A model generated the notes under the pieces. The model was given only the letters and a program-made list of their open reading frames with translations. It did no database searches and had not been told where the DNA came from. This document shows, in pieces, positions 35,911 to 45,797 of a stretch of DNA of 62,071 bases. Source of the stretch: Actinomycetota bacterium (GTDB taxonomy: Bacteria; Actinomycetota; Acidimicrobiia; Acidimicrobiales; VFJN01); assembly GCA_046723645.1 (NCBI GenBank), contig JBKOUY010000009.1, positions 1 to 62,071 on the forward strand, in the 5' to 3' direction. Positions within the stretch are counted from its first letter, which is position 1. Every line of letters begins with the position of its first letter. The translations under genes and the position numbers were made by a program.

Positions 35911-37551
35911 ATGCCAGTGCCCGACCTGGACTACGCACCGACGATCCCGGTCGTGGTCCGCCGCGCGGCGGCGACGTTCGGGGACAACGACTTCATCGTC
36001 ATGCCCGATCGCCGCATGAGCTACGCCGAGGCAGAGGTGGCATCCCGCCGCGTGGGCAAGCAGCTCCTGGCGGCGGGGGTGGGCAAGGGCACGCGCATCG
36101 GGTTCGCGTTCCCGTATGGCACCGACTGGGTCGTGGCGTGGCTGGCGATCACGCGGATCGGGGCGATCGGGATGCCGTTCAGCACCTCGTACAAGCCGGC
36201 CGAGCTGCGCAAGGCGCTCCGCTTCGGCGACGTCGACACGCTGCTGGTGCCGTCGACCATGTTCGGTCAGGATCATCTCGCCTACGTCGAGGAAGCCGTC
36301 CCAGGCCTCGCCGAGGCCGGGCCCGAGCCGCTGCGGCTCCCGGCCCTGCCGTTCCTGCGGCACGTGCGGGTGAGCGGCCCGAGCGATCGGCTGTGGGCGA
36401 AGGCCCTGCCCTTGGACGTCCGGCCCGGCGCCGCAGCCGGCGACGCCGACGCCGACATCGGCGACGAGTTCTTCGAGGCCGTCGAGGCCGAGGTCACGCC
36501 CTCCGACCTCATGATGACGATCTTCACGTCCGGCACGACGAGCGAGCCCAAGGGTGTCGTCCACACGCACGGGAACTTCCTGCGCCACGGCGCCAACCTG
36601 GCGCGCTTCGCGGGCCTGACCGCCGAGTCCCGCCGTCTGTGCGCCATGCCGTTCTTCTGGATCGGCGGCGTGGGCCTGACGCTCAACATGGCCCTGTCGG
36701 TCGGCAGCACCGTCCTCTGCGTCGAGAAGTTCGAGCCGGACGCGGTGCTCGATCTGATGGAGGCCGAGGGCGCCACCGAGCTCGCCGTGTGGCCCCAGCT
36801 CGGTCAGCGGATGCAGCGCTACGTCGTCGAGACCGGCCGCGATGTCAGCAAGATCCCGGCCTTTGCCCCGCCGCCGACCACCGACCCGGGGCTGCGCCAC
36901 AACTCGTTGGGGATGACAGAGACCATGGGGCCCCACTCGGCGGCCGGCCCCGAGGCCGACCGGGTCCTCCCCGAGGAGATGCGGGGATCATTCGGGCTGC
37001 TGGTGCCGGGCGTCGAGCACCGCATCGCCGACCCCGAGACCAACGCCACCCTCGACGAGGGCGAGGTGGGCGAGGTCTGCATCCGTGGCTACAGCGTCAT
37101 GAACGGGCTGTACAAGCGGGAGCGCCACGACACGTTCGACCACGACGGCTGGTACCACACGGGCGACAAGGGCCTCATCCGCGACGGCTACCTGTACTTC
37201 TTCGGACGCCTGAGCGAGATGATCAAGACCTCGGGATCCAATGTGGCCCCGCGGGAGGTCGAGCTGCTGCTCGAGTCGTTCCCCGAGGTGAGCCTGGCGG
37301 TGGTCGTCGGCCTGCCCGACGCCGATCGCGGCGAGGTCGTCGCCGCCGCGCTGGTGCCGGCGGCCGGCGCCCGGGTCGATCCGATCGAGATGCTGCACCG
37401 GGCCGGCGAGGAGCTGTCGAACTACAAGGTGCCGCGGCGCGTGCTCGTCCTCGCCGAGGGGGAGACGCCCTACCTCGCCAACGGCAAGCCCGATCGGCTG
37501 GCCCTGCGGCAGCTGCTGGCCGATCGTGCGTCCGAGGTGGAATGGCGGTAA
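35911..37551 (+). CDS. acyl-CoA synthetase / class I adenylate-forming enzyme
   Basis: FTSGTTSEPKG, LGMTET, GWYHTGD, GRLSEMIKTSGSNVAPREVE, YKVP, NGKPD. Confidence 0.93.
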   Translation: MPVPDLDYAPTIPVVVRRAAATFGDNDFIVMPDRRMSYAEAEVASRRVGKQLLAAGVGKGTRIGFAFPYGTDWVVAWLAITRIGAIGMPFSTSYKPAELRKALRFGDVDTLLVPSTMFGQDHLAYVEEAVPGLAEAGPEPLRLPALPFLRHVRVSGPSDRLWAKALPLDVRPGAAAGDADADIGDEFFEAVEAEVTPSDLMMTIFTSGTTSEPKGVVHTHGNFLRHGANLARFAGLTAESRRLCAMPFFWIGGVGLTLNMALSVGSTVLCVEKFEPDAVLDLMEAEGATELAVWPQLGQRMQRYVVETGRDVSKIPAFAPPPTTDPGLRHNSLGMTETMGPHSAAGPEADRVLPEEMRGSFGLLVPGVEHRIADPETNATLDEGEVGEVCIRGYSVMNGLYKRERHDTFDHDGWYHTGDKGLIRDGYLYFFGRLSEMIKTSGSNVAPREVELLLESFPEVSLAVVVGLPDADRGEVVAAALVPAAGARVDPIEMLHRAGEELSNYKVPRRVLVLAEGETPYLANGKPDRLALRQLLADRASEVEWR

Positions 37552-37668
37552 CGGCACCCCGGTGACTTGCCGGCGATGAGAAATGCGCCCCCATCCCGTC
37601 TGGACATCCGAACGCCCGGTGGGCCACGAAAACCGGATGTACGACGGATGAAAGGAAAGGGGCGCGTG

Positions 37669-37842
37669 ATGAGCACGCATGTCTTTGGACTCACCGTGGC
37701 GACGCTGGCCGACGCGTCCCGCGCCGCGCGGACGGTCGATCACGCCGTGACGCTGGTCGACGAGACGTCTCACGTGGTGGTCGTGGTCGACCAGCGGGGT
37801 CGGGTGACCATGCGACCGCAGGAGCGCCTGCCGATCGGCTGA
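37669..37842 (+). CDS. small hypothetical protein (57 aa)
   Basis: Strong RBS GAAAGGAAAGGGG and GC3-biased codons; no recognised family. Confidence 0.5.
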   Translation: MSTHVFGLTVATLADASRAARTVDHAVTLVDETSHVVVVVDQRGRVTMRPQERLPIG

Positions 37843-37863
37843 ACCCGGCTCGCCACACCTGAA

Positions 37864-37907
37864 CGGTTACATACAGGCTTGACTGTATGTAACCGAAGGC
37901 GAATACT
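37864..37907 (+). promoter_or_regulatory. TetR operator palindrome overlapping a sigma-70 promoter
   Basis: CGGTTACATACAG-6 nt-CTGTATGTAACCG (perfect 13-bp arms) containing TTGACT; AATACT 17 nt later; ATG 7 nt after the -10, suggesting a leaderless transcript. Confidence 0.8.
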
Positions 37908-37914
37908 GGGTGGC

Positions 37915-38553
37915 ATGCCCACGGTCACGTCGGAGCCGCGGCGCCCCCGCACCCAGGCCGAGCGCAGCGCCGCGACCCGTGTCCGGCTGCTGGACGCCAC
38001 CATCGACTGCCTCGTGGAACTGGGTTGGTCCGGCACCAGCACGACCGAGGTCGTGCGCCGGGCCGGCGTCTCCCGAGGCGCCCAGGTGCACCACTACCCC
38101 ACGAAGGAGGACCTGGTGGTGGCGGCGGTGGAACATCTCTGCGGCCGCCGCATGGCCGAGTACCGGGCGACGCTCGAGCGGCTGCCGGCGTCGGAGCGGA
38201 CGCCCGCCGCCTCCATCGACCTGCTGTGGTCCGTCTGGTCGGGCCCGACGCTGGAGGCCTGGCTCGAGCTGATCGTCGCCTGCCGGACCCGGCCGGCGCT
38301 GCGCACCCGCTTTGTGGAGTTCGAGCACCGGTTCTTCGACGCCGCGGTCGCCCTGTTCCAGGAGACGCAGCCGGAGATGACCGGCGACCCGGAGTTCGCC
38401 CGCCTGGCGCTCCGCTTCACGTTCTGCCTCCTCGACGGCCTGGCGGTCGCACGCCTCGGCGGCATCGACCGTGCGGAGCTGGATGGGGTCGTCGAGGGAT
38501 TCAAGATCCTGACCACCGTCGTCTCGCCCACCGACCTGGGAGCGAACCAATGA
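37915..38553 (+). CDS. TetR family regulator
   Basis: RRPRTQAERSAATRVRLLDATIDCLVELGWSGTSTTEVVRRAGVSRGAQVHHYPTKEDL. Confidence 0.93.
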   Translation: MPTVTSEPRRPRTQAERSAATRVRLLDATIDCLVELGWSGTSTTEVVRRAGVSRGAQVHHYPTKEDLVVAAVEHLCGRRMAEYRATLERLPASERTPAASIDLLWSVWSGPTLEAWLELIVACRTRPALRTRFVEFEHRFFDAAVALFQETQPEMTGDPEFARLALRFTFCLLDGLAVARLGGIDRAELDGVVEGFKILTTVVSPTDLGANQ

Positions 38554-39512
38554 CCGCAACCGCCCTCGACCGCCAGCCGCTCGACGAGGAACAGCAGGAC
38601 GACCGGTTCACCGAGCTCCTCCGGCGGCTCAGCCACCAGTCGGTGGTGAAGCATTTCGACGCCTACGCGGATGTCGATTGGGATCATCCCGACAATGCCA
38701 TTGATCCCCGCGACCCGCGGTGGGAGCTGGATTCGGGCAGTGGCCTGGCCGAGACCGACTGGTACCGCTCGTTACCGGCCGAGACCCGGGCCCGCATCGG
38801 GCTGCACGGGATCACGAGCAACATGAAGGCGGGGCTCCAGTTCGAGAACGTCCTCAAGCGCGGCCTGCTGGAGTACGCATTCCGGCTGCCCGACGGCTCA
38901 CCCGAGTTCCGGTACGTGTACCACGAGGTCATCGAGGAGGCGCAGCACTCGTTGATGTTCCAGGAGTTCGTCAACCGGACCGGACTGGAGACCCCGGGCC
39001 TTCCCTGGGAGCTGCGCCTGGGGAGCCGGAACGTCGTCGGGTTGGCCCGGCGGTTCCCGCCGCTGTTCTTCGTGTTCGTCCTCGGCGGGGAGGATCCGAT
39101 CGATCACGTGCAGCGCACCGTCCTGCGCAGCGACAAGGACATCCACCCGCTGCTCGAGCGGATCATGCGCATTCACGTGACCGAGGAGGCGCGGCACCTG
39201 TCCTTCGCCCGCAGCTACCTGCGCACCAACGTGCCGAAGCTGCCGTCCTGGCGCCGGCATGCCCTGGCCATGCAGGCTCCGCTCGTCCTGGCCACCGAGG
39301 CGGGCGTCATGCTGCGCCCGCCGCGGCACCTGGTCCGCACCTACGGCGTCCCCGATGCCGTCCTGCGCGACGCCTACGGTCCGGGCTCCCCGGCCCGTCA
39401 GCATGCGAAGGACTCGCTCCGCAAGGTGCGCAACCTGCTGGTCGAGCTCGACCTGGTCACGCCGCCGGCCAAGCGACTGTGGCGGCGCTTCGGCATCTGG
39501 GACGAGGCCTGA
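38550..39512 (+). CDS. AurF-family diiron N-oxygenase-like protein
   Basis: LQFENVL, YHEVIEEAQHSLMF, LGGEDPIDH, RIHVTEEARHLSFA; ATGA overlap with the TetR gene. Confidence 0.9.
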   Translation: MTATALDRQPLDEEQQDDRFTELLRRLSHQSVVKHFDAYADVDWDHPDNAIDPRDPRWELDSGSGLAETDWYRSLPAETRARIGLHGITSNMKAGLQFENVLKRGLLEYAFRLPDGSPEFRYVYHEVIEEAQHSLMFQEFVNRTGLETPGLPWELRLGSRNVVGLARRFPPLFFVFVLGGEDPIDHVQRTVLRSDKDIHPLLERIMRIHVTEEARHLSFARSYLRTNVPKLPSWRRHALAMQAPLVLATEAGVMLRPPRHLVRTYGVPDAVLRDAYGPGSPARQHAKDSLRKVRNLLVELDLVTPPAKRLWRRFGIWDEA

Positions 39513-39537
39513 CGCTCCCCGCCCCGCCCCCGGCCCG

Positions 39538-39984
39538 TCACGACGGTGCGGCCTGGCGCCCCTCGGTCGTGACCTTGCGATAGGTGAAGAGCCAGCGGCC
39601 GTCGCGCTCCTCGTACTCGTCGACGTATCGTCCCCAATGATCGAGGCCGTTGGCGCGGATCACGAAGAAGTAGCAGCGGCCCTTGGCGTGCCGCCGATCC
39701 CCGAGGTCGATCTGGTGGGTGGCGATGCAGTGGCGCACATAGCCGGGTTGGGCACGCTCGTCGGCCTCGGCCCGAAACGTCTCGATCGCGCCGGTGAAGA
39801 TCGTCTCGATCTCGTCGATGCCGCGGTAGGTACGCGTCTCGCCGCCCGCGCCGGTGATCTCCAACGTCGCGTCGGGTGCGAACAGGTCGAGGACCTGCGG
39901 GATCCGGCCGCTGTCGCCGTTCGAGTTGTACCTGGTGACGAGGTCTCGGATGCCCTCGCGGGCCAGCACCTCCCACGGCTCCAT
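39538..39984 (-). CDS. NTF2/SnoaL-like protein
   Basis: AREGIRDLVTRY, LFAPDA, RHCIAT, GRYVDEYEERDGRWLF. Confidence 0.88.
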   Translation of the reverse strand: MEPWEVLAREGIRDLVTRYNSNGDSGRIPQVLDLFAPDATLEITGAGGETRTYRGIDEIETIFTGAIETFRAEADERAQPGYVRHCIATHQIDLGDRRHAKGRCYFFVIRANGLDHWGRYVDEYEERDGRWLFTYRKVTTEGRQAAPS

Positions 39985-40008
39985 GGACGTGCTCGTCTCT
40001 CGGGCCCA

Positions 40009-40431
40009 CTAGTCGACGGCGGCGGTCGCCTCGCCGGCGAACACCTCGAGCCCGTCCTGGTTGGTCGTCGTGATGCGGAGCTCGACGAGGGGGCCACCAC
40101 CCTCCTCGTCGCGGATGCCGACGACCTCGGCCCGCGCCGTCAGGGTGTCGCCCGGCCACACCTGCGCCCGAAACCGCCCGCCGAACGATCGCAGCCGGCC
40201 ATCGCCGACGTAGTTGGTGACCATCTTGCCGGTCAGGCCCATCGTCAGCATCCCGTGGGCGAAGATGCTCGGGAACCCCGCCACCTGCGTGGCGAAGATC
40301 TCGTCGGTGTGGAGGGGGTTGTAGTCGCCCGATGCCCCGGCGTACTGCACGATCTGGGTCCGGGTCAGGTCGTCGACGAGCACCTCGCTGTGCACGTCGC
40401 CGACGTTCAGCTCGCTCGCCCTGAGCGTCAT
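40009..40431 (-). CDS. MaoC family dehydratase
   Basis: YAGASGDYNPLHTD, AHGMLTMG, RFRAQVWPGDTL. Confidence 0.92.
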   Translation of the reverse strand: MTLRASELNVGDVHSEVLVDDLTRTQIVQYAGASGDYNPLHTDEIFATQVAGFPSIFAHGMLTMGLTGKMVTNYVGDGRLRSFGGRFRAQVWPGDTLTARAEVVGIRDEEGGGPLVELRITTTNQDGLEVFAGEATAAVD

Positions 40432-40979
40432 TGCGACTCCTCCCCTGCGGTGGCCGCGGTCTCGGGCGCCCGCTCGGTCTGCACGCCGACGGTCCGCGCG
40501 GTGACGACGAGCTCGTCGTTCTGATCCCGGTACTCGGTGATCGTCTCGCGGAACACGAGCTTGCCGGCGCGCCGCCCCTCCTTCTCCCAGGTCCCGCCCG
40601 GTCGGGTCGCCGCGTGTAGGACATCGCCCGGTCGCAGGTGCCGGTGGTACTCGAAGTGCTGCTCGGCGTGGAGTCCGCGGGCCATGCCGCCGTCCCCACC
40701 GCCCCCGCCCCCGCCACCACCGTCGCCTCCGTCATCCCGGGGCGGCGTGCCCGTGGGGTTCCTCCCAGAGCCGAACCAGGGCGCGCCGATCGTGGGCCGC
40801 AGCGGCCAGTCGGGATCGAACTGCGCGCCCGCCTGAACGAACGTCGGCGGCGCGATGACGTGACCGACCTCGCTGGTGGCGGCGTACTCCTCGTCGGAGT
40901 AGATGGGGTTCGCGTCGCCGACGCTGCGGGCGAACATCATGATGTGCCCGAGCTCGATCGGGAATCGTTCGACAGCCAT
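40428..40979 (-). CDS. MaoC-like dehydratase N-terminal (hotdog) partner
   Basis: IELGHIMMFARSVGDANP, APPTF, LHAEQHFEYHR, YRDQNDELV; poly-Gly insert. Confidence 0.9.
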   Translation of the reverse strand: MAVERFPIELGHIMMFARSVGDANPIYSDEEYAATSEVGHVIAPPTFVQAGAQFDPDWPLRPTIGAPWFGSGRNPTGTPPRDDGGDGGGGGGGGGDGGMARGLHAEQHFEYHRHLRPGDVLHAATRPGGTWEKEGRRAGKLVFRETITEYRDQNDELVVTARTVGVQTERAPETAATAGEESQ

Positions 40980-41028
40980 GCCCCGCGATCATGTCAGGCC
41001 GCGGCGACCCAGGGCGCGGCCCGTTTCC

Positions 41029-41042
41029 TGACAACCTAGTCT
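41029..41042. promoter_or_regulatory. putative operator TGACAACCTAGTCT
   Basis: Shared motif in the short divergent spacer between the MaoC and LLM operons. Confidence 0.6.
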
Positions 41043-41065
41043 CGCCTCCGGACGGAAGGGGACCC

Positions 41066-41980
41066 GTGAGCGACTCGACGCCCCTGCTCGGCTTCGCGAT
41101 GCAGCTGCCGGTGCAGGCCCAATCCACACTCGTCGCCCAGCCGTGGGAGGCGGGGGCCGGGCCCCCCGAGCTGGCGGCGGTCGCCAGCGCGTGCGATGCC
41201 AACGGCTTCTACTCGGTGTCGGTATGCGACCACGTCGCCATCCCCAGGGAACGGGCGTCGACCATGACCACGACGTGGTACGACACCGTCGCCACCCTTG
41301 CGTGGCTGGCCGGCCGGACGGGGCGTGTGCGGCTGCTGTCGCACGTCTACGTCGTCGCCTACCGCCATCCGCTGCAGACGGCCAAGGCGTTCGCCACCCT
41401 CGACGCGCTGTCCGGCGGCCGGGCGATCCTCGGCGTGGGGGCCGGGCACGTCGAGGGCGAGTTCGACGCGCTGGGAGTACCGTTCGCCGAGCGCGGCCGG
41501 ATCACCGACCAGGCGGTTGTGGCCATCCGGGCGGCCCTGTCCGACGAGTGGGGCGGCGGCGACGTCGGCCAACGACCGCGTCCCGTGCAGCCCGGCGGCC
41601 CGCCGATCTGGGTGGGCGGGTCGTCGGCCGCGGCGCTGCGCCGGGCCGCCCGGCTGGGCGATGGCTGGCTGCCGCAGGGACCGCCCGAGGGCGGGATGGC
41701 CACGGCCATCGCGACCCTGAAGCGGCTGCGAGCGGAGGCCGGGCGGGACGAGCCGTTCGCCATCGGTGGGGGCGTCGACCTCTATGTCGGCCGGCCGTCG
41801 TTCGACGTGCCCCGATGGACCGTCACCGGCGACCCCGGCACCATTGCCGAGGCGGTGCGCAGGCTGGTGGCGCTCGGCGTCAACCACGTCGCCGTGCGGA
41901 TCCCGTCACGGAGCTGCGAGGAGCACATCGACCAGATCGCCGCGTTCGGCCGCGAGGTGGCCCCCCTGGTCGCGGGGTAG
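41066..41980 (+). CDS. LLM-class (probably F420-dependent) oxidoreductase
   Basis: VCDHVAIP, YRHPLQTAKAFATLDALSGGR, GVGAGHVEGEF, PPIWVGGSS, GDGWLP. Confidence 0.9.
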   Translation: MSDSTPLLGFAMQLPVQAQSTLVAQPWEAGAGPPELAAVASACDANGFYSVSVCDHVAIPRERASTMTTTWYDTVATLAWLAGRTGRVRLLSHVYVVAYRHPLQTAKAFATLDALSGGRAILGVGAGHVEGEFDALGVPFAERGRITDQAVVAIRAALSDEWGGGDVGQRPRPVQPGGPPIWVGGSSAAALRRAARLGDGWLPQGPPEGGMATAIATLKRLRAEAGRDEPFAIGGGVDLYVGRPSFDVPRWTVTGDPGTIAEAVRRLVALGVNHVAVRIPSRSCEEHIDQIAAFGREVAPLVAG

Positions 41981-42066
41981 CCCGAACGCCTGGCACGAAA
42001 CACAGGTGTCAGGTCGTGTGCCATGCTGCTCGTGCGGCCGGCTGACGGACGGAGGGGACGGACCGG

Positions 42067-43566
42067 GTGGCACAGACCGAAGCCATCGATGGGGCCACCG
42101 CCCACGAGGGCTATTCCCTGTGGATCGGCGGTGACCGTGTCGAGGGCTCGAGGGGAACCTACGAGGTCGTCAATCCCGCGACCGAGGAGATCGTGGGCCT
42201 GGCTCCTGAAGCCACGGCGGACGACGCACGCCAGGCCGCCGCAGCCGCCGCCGAGGCGTTCCCCGGCTGGTCGCGGACCGCCCCGGAGGAGCGGGCACGC
42301 CTGCTCGATCGGGCGGCCGACATCCTGCAGCAACGCACCCCGGAGCTCATCCCGCTGGTGCAGGCCGAGACCGGCTCCACGGTCCAGATGGCGCGGACGG
42401 CCCAGGTCCCGGTGGCGGTGGCCCGCCTGCGCCGCTATGCCCGGGGCGCCCTCGAGGCCCGGGAGATCCCGCTCCCCCCGGCGCCGAATCTGCAGACGAC
42501 GACGCCGTCGTCCACCGGTGGGGGCCTGGTCAATGCGATGGCCGTGCGGCAGCCGGTCGGCGTCGTGGTCTGCATCACGTCGTACAACGTGCCGATGACC
42601 AACGTCATGGGGAAGCTCGGGCCCGCCCTGGCCATGGGCAACACGGTCGTCATCAAGCCCGCGCCCCAGGACCCCCTCGGGGTCATCAGGATGGTGGAGG
42701 CCTTCCACGAGGCCGGCTTCCCGCCCGGGGTCGTCAACCTGGTGGTCGGCTCCACGCCCGAACCGGCCGAGGCGCTCGTGGCGGCCGCGCAGACCGACAT
42801 GATCAGCTTCACCGGCAGCACCGCCATCGGGCTGAAGATCGCCGAGGCCGCCGCCCGCGACATGAAGCGCGTGCTGTTCGAGCTCGGCGGCAAGGGCGCC
42901 AGCCTGGTGTTCGACGACGCCGACATCGACGCCGCTGCGCAGGGCACCGCCAGCACGTTCGCCTTCCACGCAGGTCAGATCTGCACGGCGCCCACCCGCC
43001 TGATCGCACAGCGCGGCGTCTACGACCAGGTGGTGGAAAGGCTGGCGCGGATTGCCGCGGTGCTCAAGGTGGGTGACCCCCTCGACCCGGCCACCGTGGT
43101 CGGCCCGGTCATCAGCGCGGCCCAGCGCGACCGCATCGAGGGCTATGTCCGCTCGGGCGTCGACGAGGGGGGCACGCTCGTCGCCGGCGGCACCCGCCCG
43201 GAGACGGAGCGCGGATTCTTCTCGCCCCCCACGCTCATCGCCGGGTGCCACAATGGCATGGTCGCGGCCCGCGAGGAGATCTTCGGTCCCGTGGTGGTCG
43301 CCATTCCCTTCGACGACGAGGAGGAGGGGATCGGCGCAGCCAACGACAGCGACTACGGCCTCTACGACTACGTCTGGACCCGCGATACCGCTAGGGGCAT
43401 GCGGGTCGCCCAGCGCCTGCGCGCCGGCAATGTCGGCCTCAACACGCTCGCCCGCAACCCGGAGACCCCGTTCGGGGGGTTCCGCAGGAGCGGCATCGGG
43501 CGTGACGGCGGATCGTTCGCGCTGCACGCCTACAGCGAGCTGCAGAGCATCGTCTGGCCCGGCTGA
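42067..43566 (+). CDS. aldehyde dehydrogenase
   Basis: NPATEE, GNTVVIKPA, SFTGST, ELGGKG, GQICTA, EEIFGPV, PFGG. Confidence 0.95.
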   Translation: MAQTEAIDGATAHEGYSLWIGGDRVEGSRGTYEVVNPATEEIVGLAPEATADDARQAAAAAAEAFPGWSRTAPEERARLLDRAADILQQRTPELIPLVQAETGSTVQMARTAQVPVAVARLRRYARGALEAREIPLPPAPNLQTTTPSSTGGGLVNAMAVRQPVGVVVCITSYNVPMTNVMGKLGPALAMGNTVVIKPAPQDPLGVIRMVEAFHEAGFPPGVVNLVVGSTPEPAEALVAAAQTDMISFTGSTAIGLKIAEAAARDMKRVLFELGGKGASLVFDDADIDAAAQGTASTFAFHAGQICTAPTRLIAQRGVYDQVVERLARIAAVLKVGDPLDPATVVGPVISAAQRDRIEGYVRSGVDEGGTLVAGGTRPETERGFFSPPTLIAGCHNGMVAAREEIFGPVVVAIPFDDEEEGIGAANDSDYGLYDYVWTRDTARGMRVAQRLRAGNVGLNTLARNPETPFGGFRRSGIGRDGGSFALHAYSELQSIVWPG

Positions 43567-43578
43567 AGGAGAGTCCTT

Positions 43579-44649
43579 ATGAGAGCCATCGTCTGGACCG
43601 GCGAGCTCGAGGTGCGCGACGACGTCGAGGTGAGGGCGCCGGGCCTGCGCGAGGTCGCCGTGCGCATCCACCGCGCCGGGCTCTGCCACAGCGACGTCTC
43701 GGTCATCGACGGGACCATCCCGATGCCGCCACCGATCGTGCTCGGCCACGAGGGCGCCGGCGTGGTGGAAGAGGTCGGCGCCGCGGTCACCGGCGTGAAG
43801 CCCGGCGACCACGTCGTGTTGGTGACGCTGGGCAACTGCGGCCAGTGCGACGCGTGCGATCGCGGCCTGCCCACGCACTGCCGCCGGCCCTTCGGCTGGA
43901 CCGACACCCGTTTCACCACCGGCGGCCGGCAGGTGCCGGCGTTCGCCAACCTCGGCGTCTTCTCGGAGCGCACCGTGGTCCACGAGCACCAGGCCGTCGT
44001 GATCGATCCGGCGGTTCCGCTCGATGCCGCCTCCCTGATCGGCTGCGCCGTGGTCACCGGCGCGGGGGCGGTGCTCAACCGGGCCAAGGTCCGGCCCGGC
44101 GAGACCGTGGCGGTGATCGGGACGGGCGGCATCGGTCAATCCGTCATCCAGGGCGCCCGCCTGGCGTCGGCGGGGCGGATCGTGGCCATCGACGCCAACC
44201 CGCTCAAGGAGGCCGTGGCCCGGCAGTTCGGCGCCACCGACTTCATCGACGCGTCGCAGCATCCGGACGGCGCTGTGGCGGCCGCCAAGGAGCTGGTGCC
44301 TGCGGGCTTCGACTACGCGTTCGAATGCGTCGGGCACCCGGCCCTCATCCGCCAGGCGATCGACATGCTCGGGACCGGGGGCTGCTGCGTCCTGCTCGGC
44401 GTGCCCAAGCTCGGCACGGAGGCGAGCTTCGTGGTGAGCAACCTCTACAACGACAAGTCGATCCTGGGCTGCCGCTACGGCCAGACGCGGCCCCACCACG
44501 ACGTGCCGCTCATCACGCGGTTCTACCTGGATGGCCGCTTCATGCTCGACGAGATGGTCAGCCAGACCTACGACCTCGGGGACATCGAGCAGGCCCTCGC
44601 CGACCTCGAGGCGGGCAAGCTCAATCGCGGCGTCCTGACCCTGACCTGA
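43579..44649 (+). CDS. Zn-dependent alcohol dehydrogenase
   Basis: GLCHSD, LGHEGAG, CGQCDAC...C, IGCAVVTG, GTGGIG. Confidence 0.94.
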   Translation: MRAIVWTGELEVRDDVEVRAPGLREVAVRIHRAGLCHSDVSVIDGTIPMPPPIVLGHEGAGVVEEVGAAVTGVKPGDHVVLVTLGNCGQCDACDRGLPTHCRRPFGWTDTRFTTGGRQVPAFANLGVFSERTVVHEHQAVVIDPAVPLDAASLIGCAVVTGAGAVLNRAKVRPGETVAVIGTGGIGQSVIQGARLASAGRIVAIDANPLKEAVARQFGATDFIDASQHPDGAVAAAKELVPAGFDYAFECVGHPALIRQAIDMLGTGGCCVLLGVPKLGTEASFVVSNLYNDKSILGCRYGQTRPHHDVPLITRFYLDGRFMLDEMVSQTYDLGDIEQALADLEAGKLNRGVLTLT

Positions 44650-44672
44650 CCCTCGAACAGAAGGCGAGAGCC

Positions 44673-45797
44673 ATGGAGTTCGGCATCTTCATCCAGGGAT
44701 TCGTCCCGAGCTACCGACGCCAGGCAGATCCGGATGCCGAGCACACCGCCCTCATGCACGACATCGAGTGCGTCATCGCCGCCGACAAGGCGGGGTTCAA
44801 GTACGTGTGGGCAACGGAGCACCACTTCCTCGACGAGTACTCCCACATGTCGGCGAACGACGTGGCGCTCGCCTACCTGGCCCGGGCCACCGAACGGATC
44901 CACCTGGGCTCGGGCATCTTCAACCCGCTGCCCCAGGTCAACCACCCGGCCAAGGTGGCCGAGAAGGTGGCCATGCTCGATCACCTGTCGGGCGGGCGAT
45001 TCGAGTTCGGGACAGGACGGGGCGCCGGCAGCCACGAGATCCTGGCGTTCCTGCCCGGGATGAGCGACCTGACCAAGACCCGGGAGATCTGGGAGGACGT
45101 CATCGCCGAGTTCCCCAAGATGTGGCTCCATGACGAGTACGAGGGCTACCAGGGCAAGTACTGGTCGCTGCCCCCGCGCAAGGTCCTGCCGAAGCCCTGG
45201 TGCAAGCCTCACCCGGCCATGTGGTACGCGGCCGGCAACGTGAGCAGCTACGAGATGGCGGGACGGCGGGGGCTCGGGGTGCTCGGGTTCTCCGTGGGCT
45301 CGATCCAGGAGCTCGAGCCGGTCATGAAGGCCTATAAGAAGGCCGTCAGGGAGCCGGAGCCGGTCGGCGCGTTCGTCAACGACAACATCATGGTCACGAC
45401 GGGCGCGTTCGTCGCCGAGGACGACCACCGGGCGATCGAGGCGGCCACCCGGCCGCACAACAGTTACCTGGCCAGCAACGTGTACCGCTACCACGACACG
45501 TTCCCGCACCCGGCGGAGATCCCCGTGTGGCCCGAGCTGATGCCCGATGCCACGGCCGAGGACATCCCCGTCGCCCGCGAGCGCGGCGGGATCTGCGGCG
45601 ACCCCGACCACGCGCTGGAGCAGTGCCGGCGATGGGAGGAGGCGGGCTGCGACCAGCTGGTCTTCGGGACCGGCTCCGCCCGCCACGAGGACACGCTGGA
45701 GATGATCCGGCTCATGGGCGAGCACGTGATCCCCAAGATCGACACGGATCCCGTGCACCGCACGACGCGCTTTCGCGAGGCCGCGGCGCGCCAGTGA
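44673..45797 (+). CDS. LLM-class flavin-dependent oxidoreductase
   Basis: MEFGIF, WATEHHFL, HPAKVAEKVAMLDHLSGGRFEFGTGRG, PKPWCKPHP. Confidence 0.92.
   Translation: MEFGIFIQGFVPSYRRQADPDAEHTALMHDIECVIAADKAGFKYVWATEHHFLDEYSHMSANDVALAYLARATERIHLGSGIFNPLPQVNHPAKVAEKVAMLDHLSGGRFEFGTGRGAGSHEILAFLPGMSDLTKTREIWEDVIAEFPKMWLHDEYEGYQGKYWSLPPRKVLPKPWCKPHPAMWYAAGNVSSYEMAGRRGLGVLGFSVGSIQELEPVMKAYKKAVREPEPVGAFVNDNIMVTTGAFVAEDDHRAIEAATRPHNSYLASNVYRYHDTFPHPAEIPVWPELMPDATAEDIPVARERGGICGDPDHALEQCRRWEEAGCDQLVFGTGSARHEDTLEMIRLMGEHVIPKIDTDPVHRTTRFREAAARQ

Noticed and set aside
40685-40737. Poly-Gly tract in the MaoC N-terminal protein as a contingency locus
   Set aside because: Mixed Gly codons and in frame; looks like an ordinary flexible loop
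41991-42023. TGGCAC...GTGCCA inverted repeat as a terminator
   Set aside because: Imperfect stem, no U-tract; kept only as a weak operator or REP candidate
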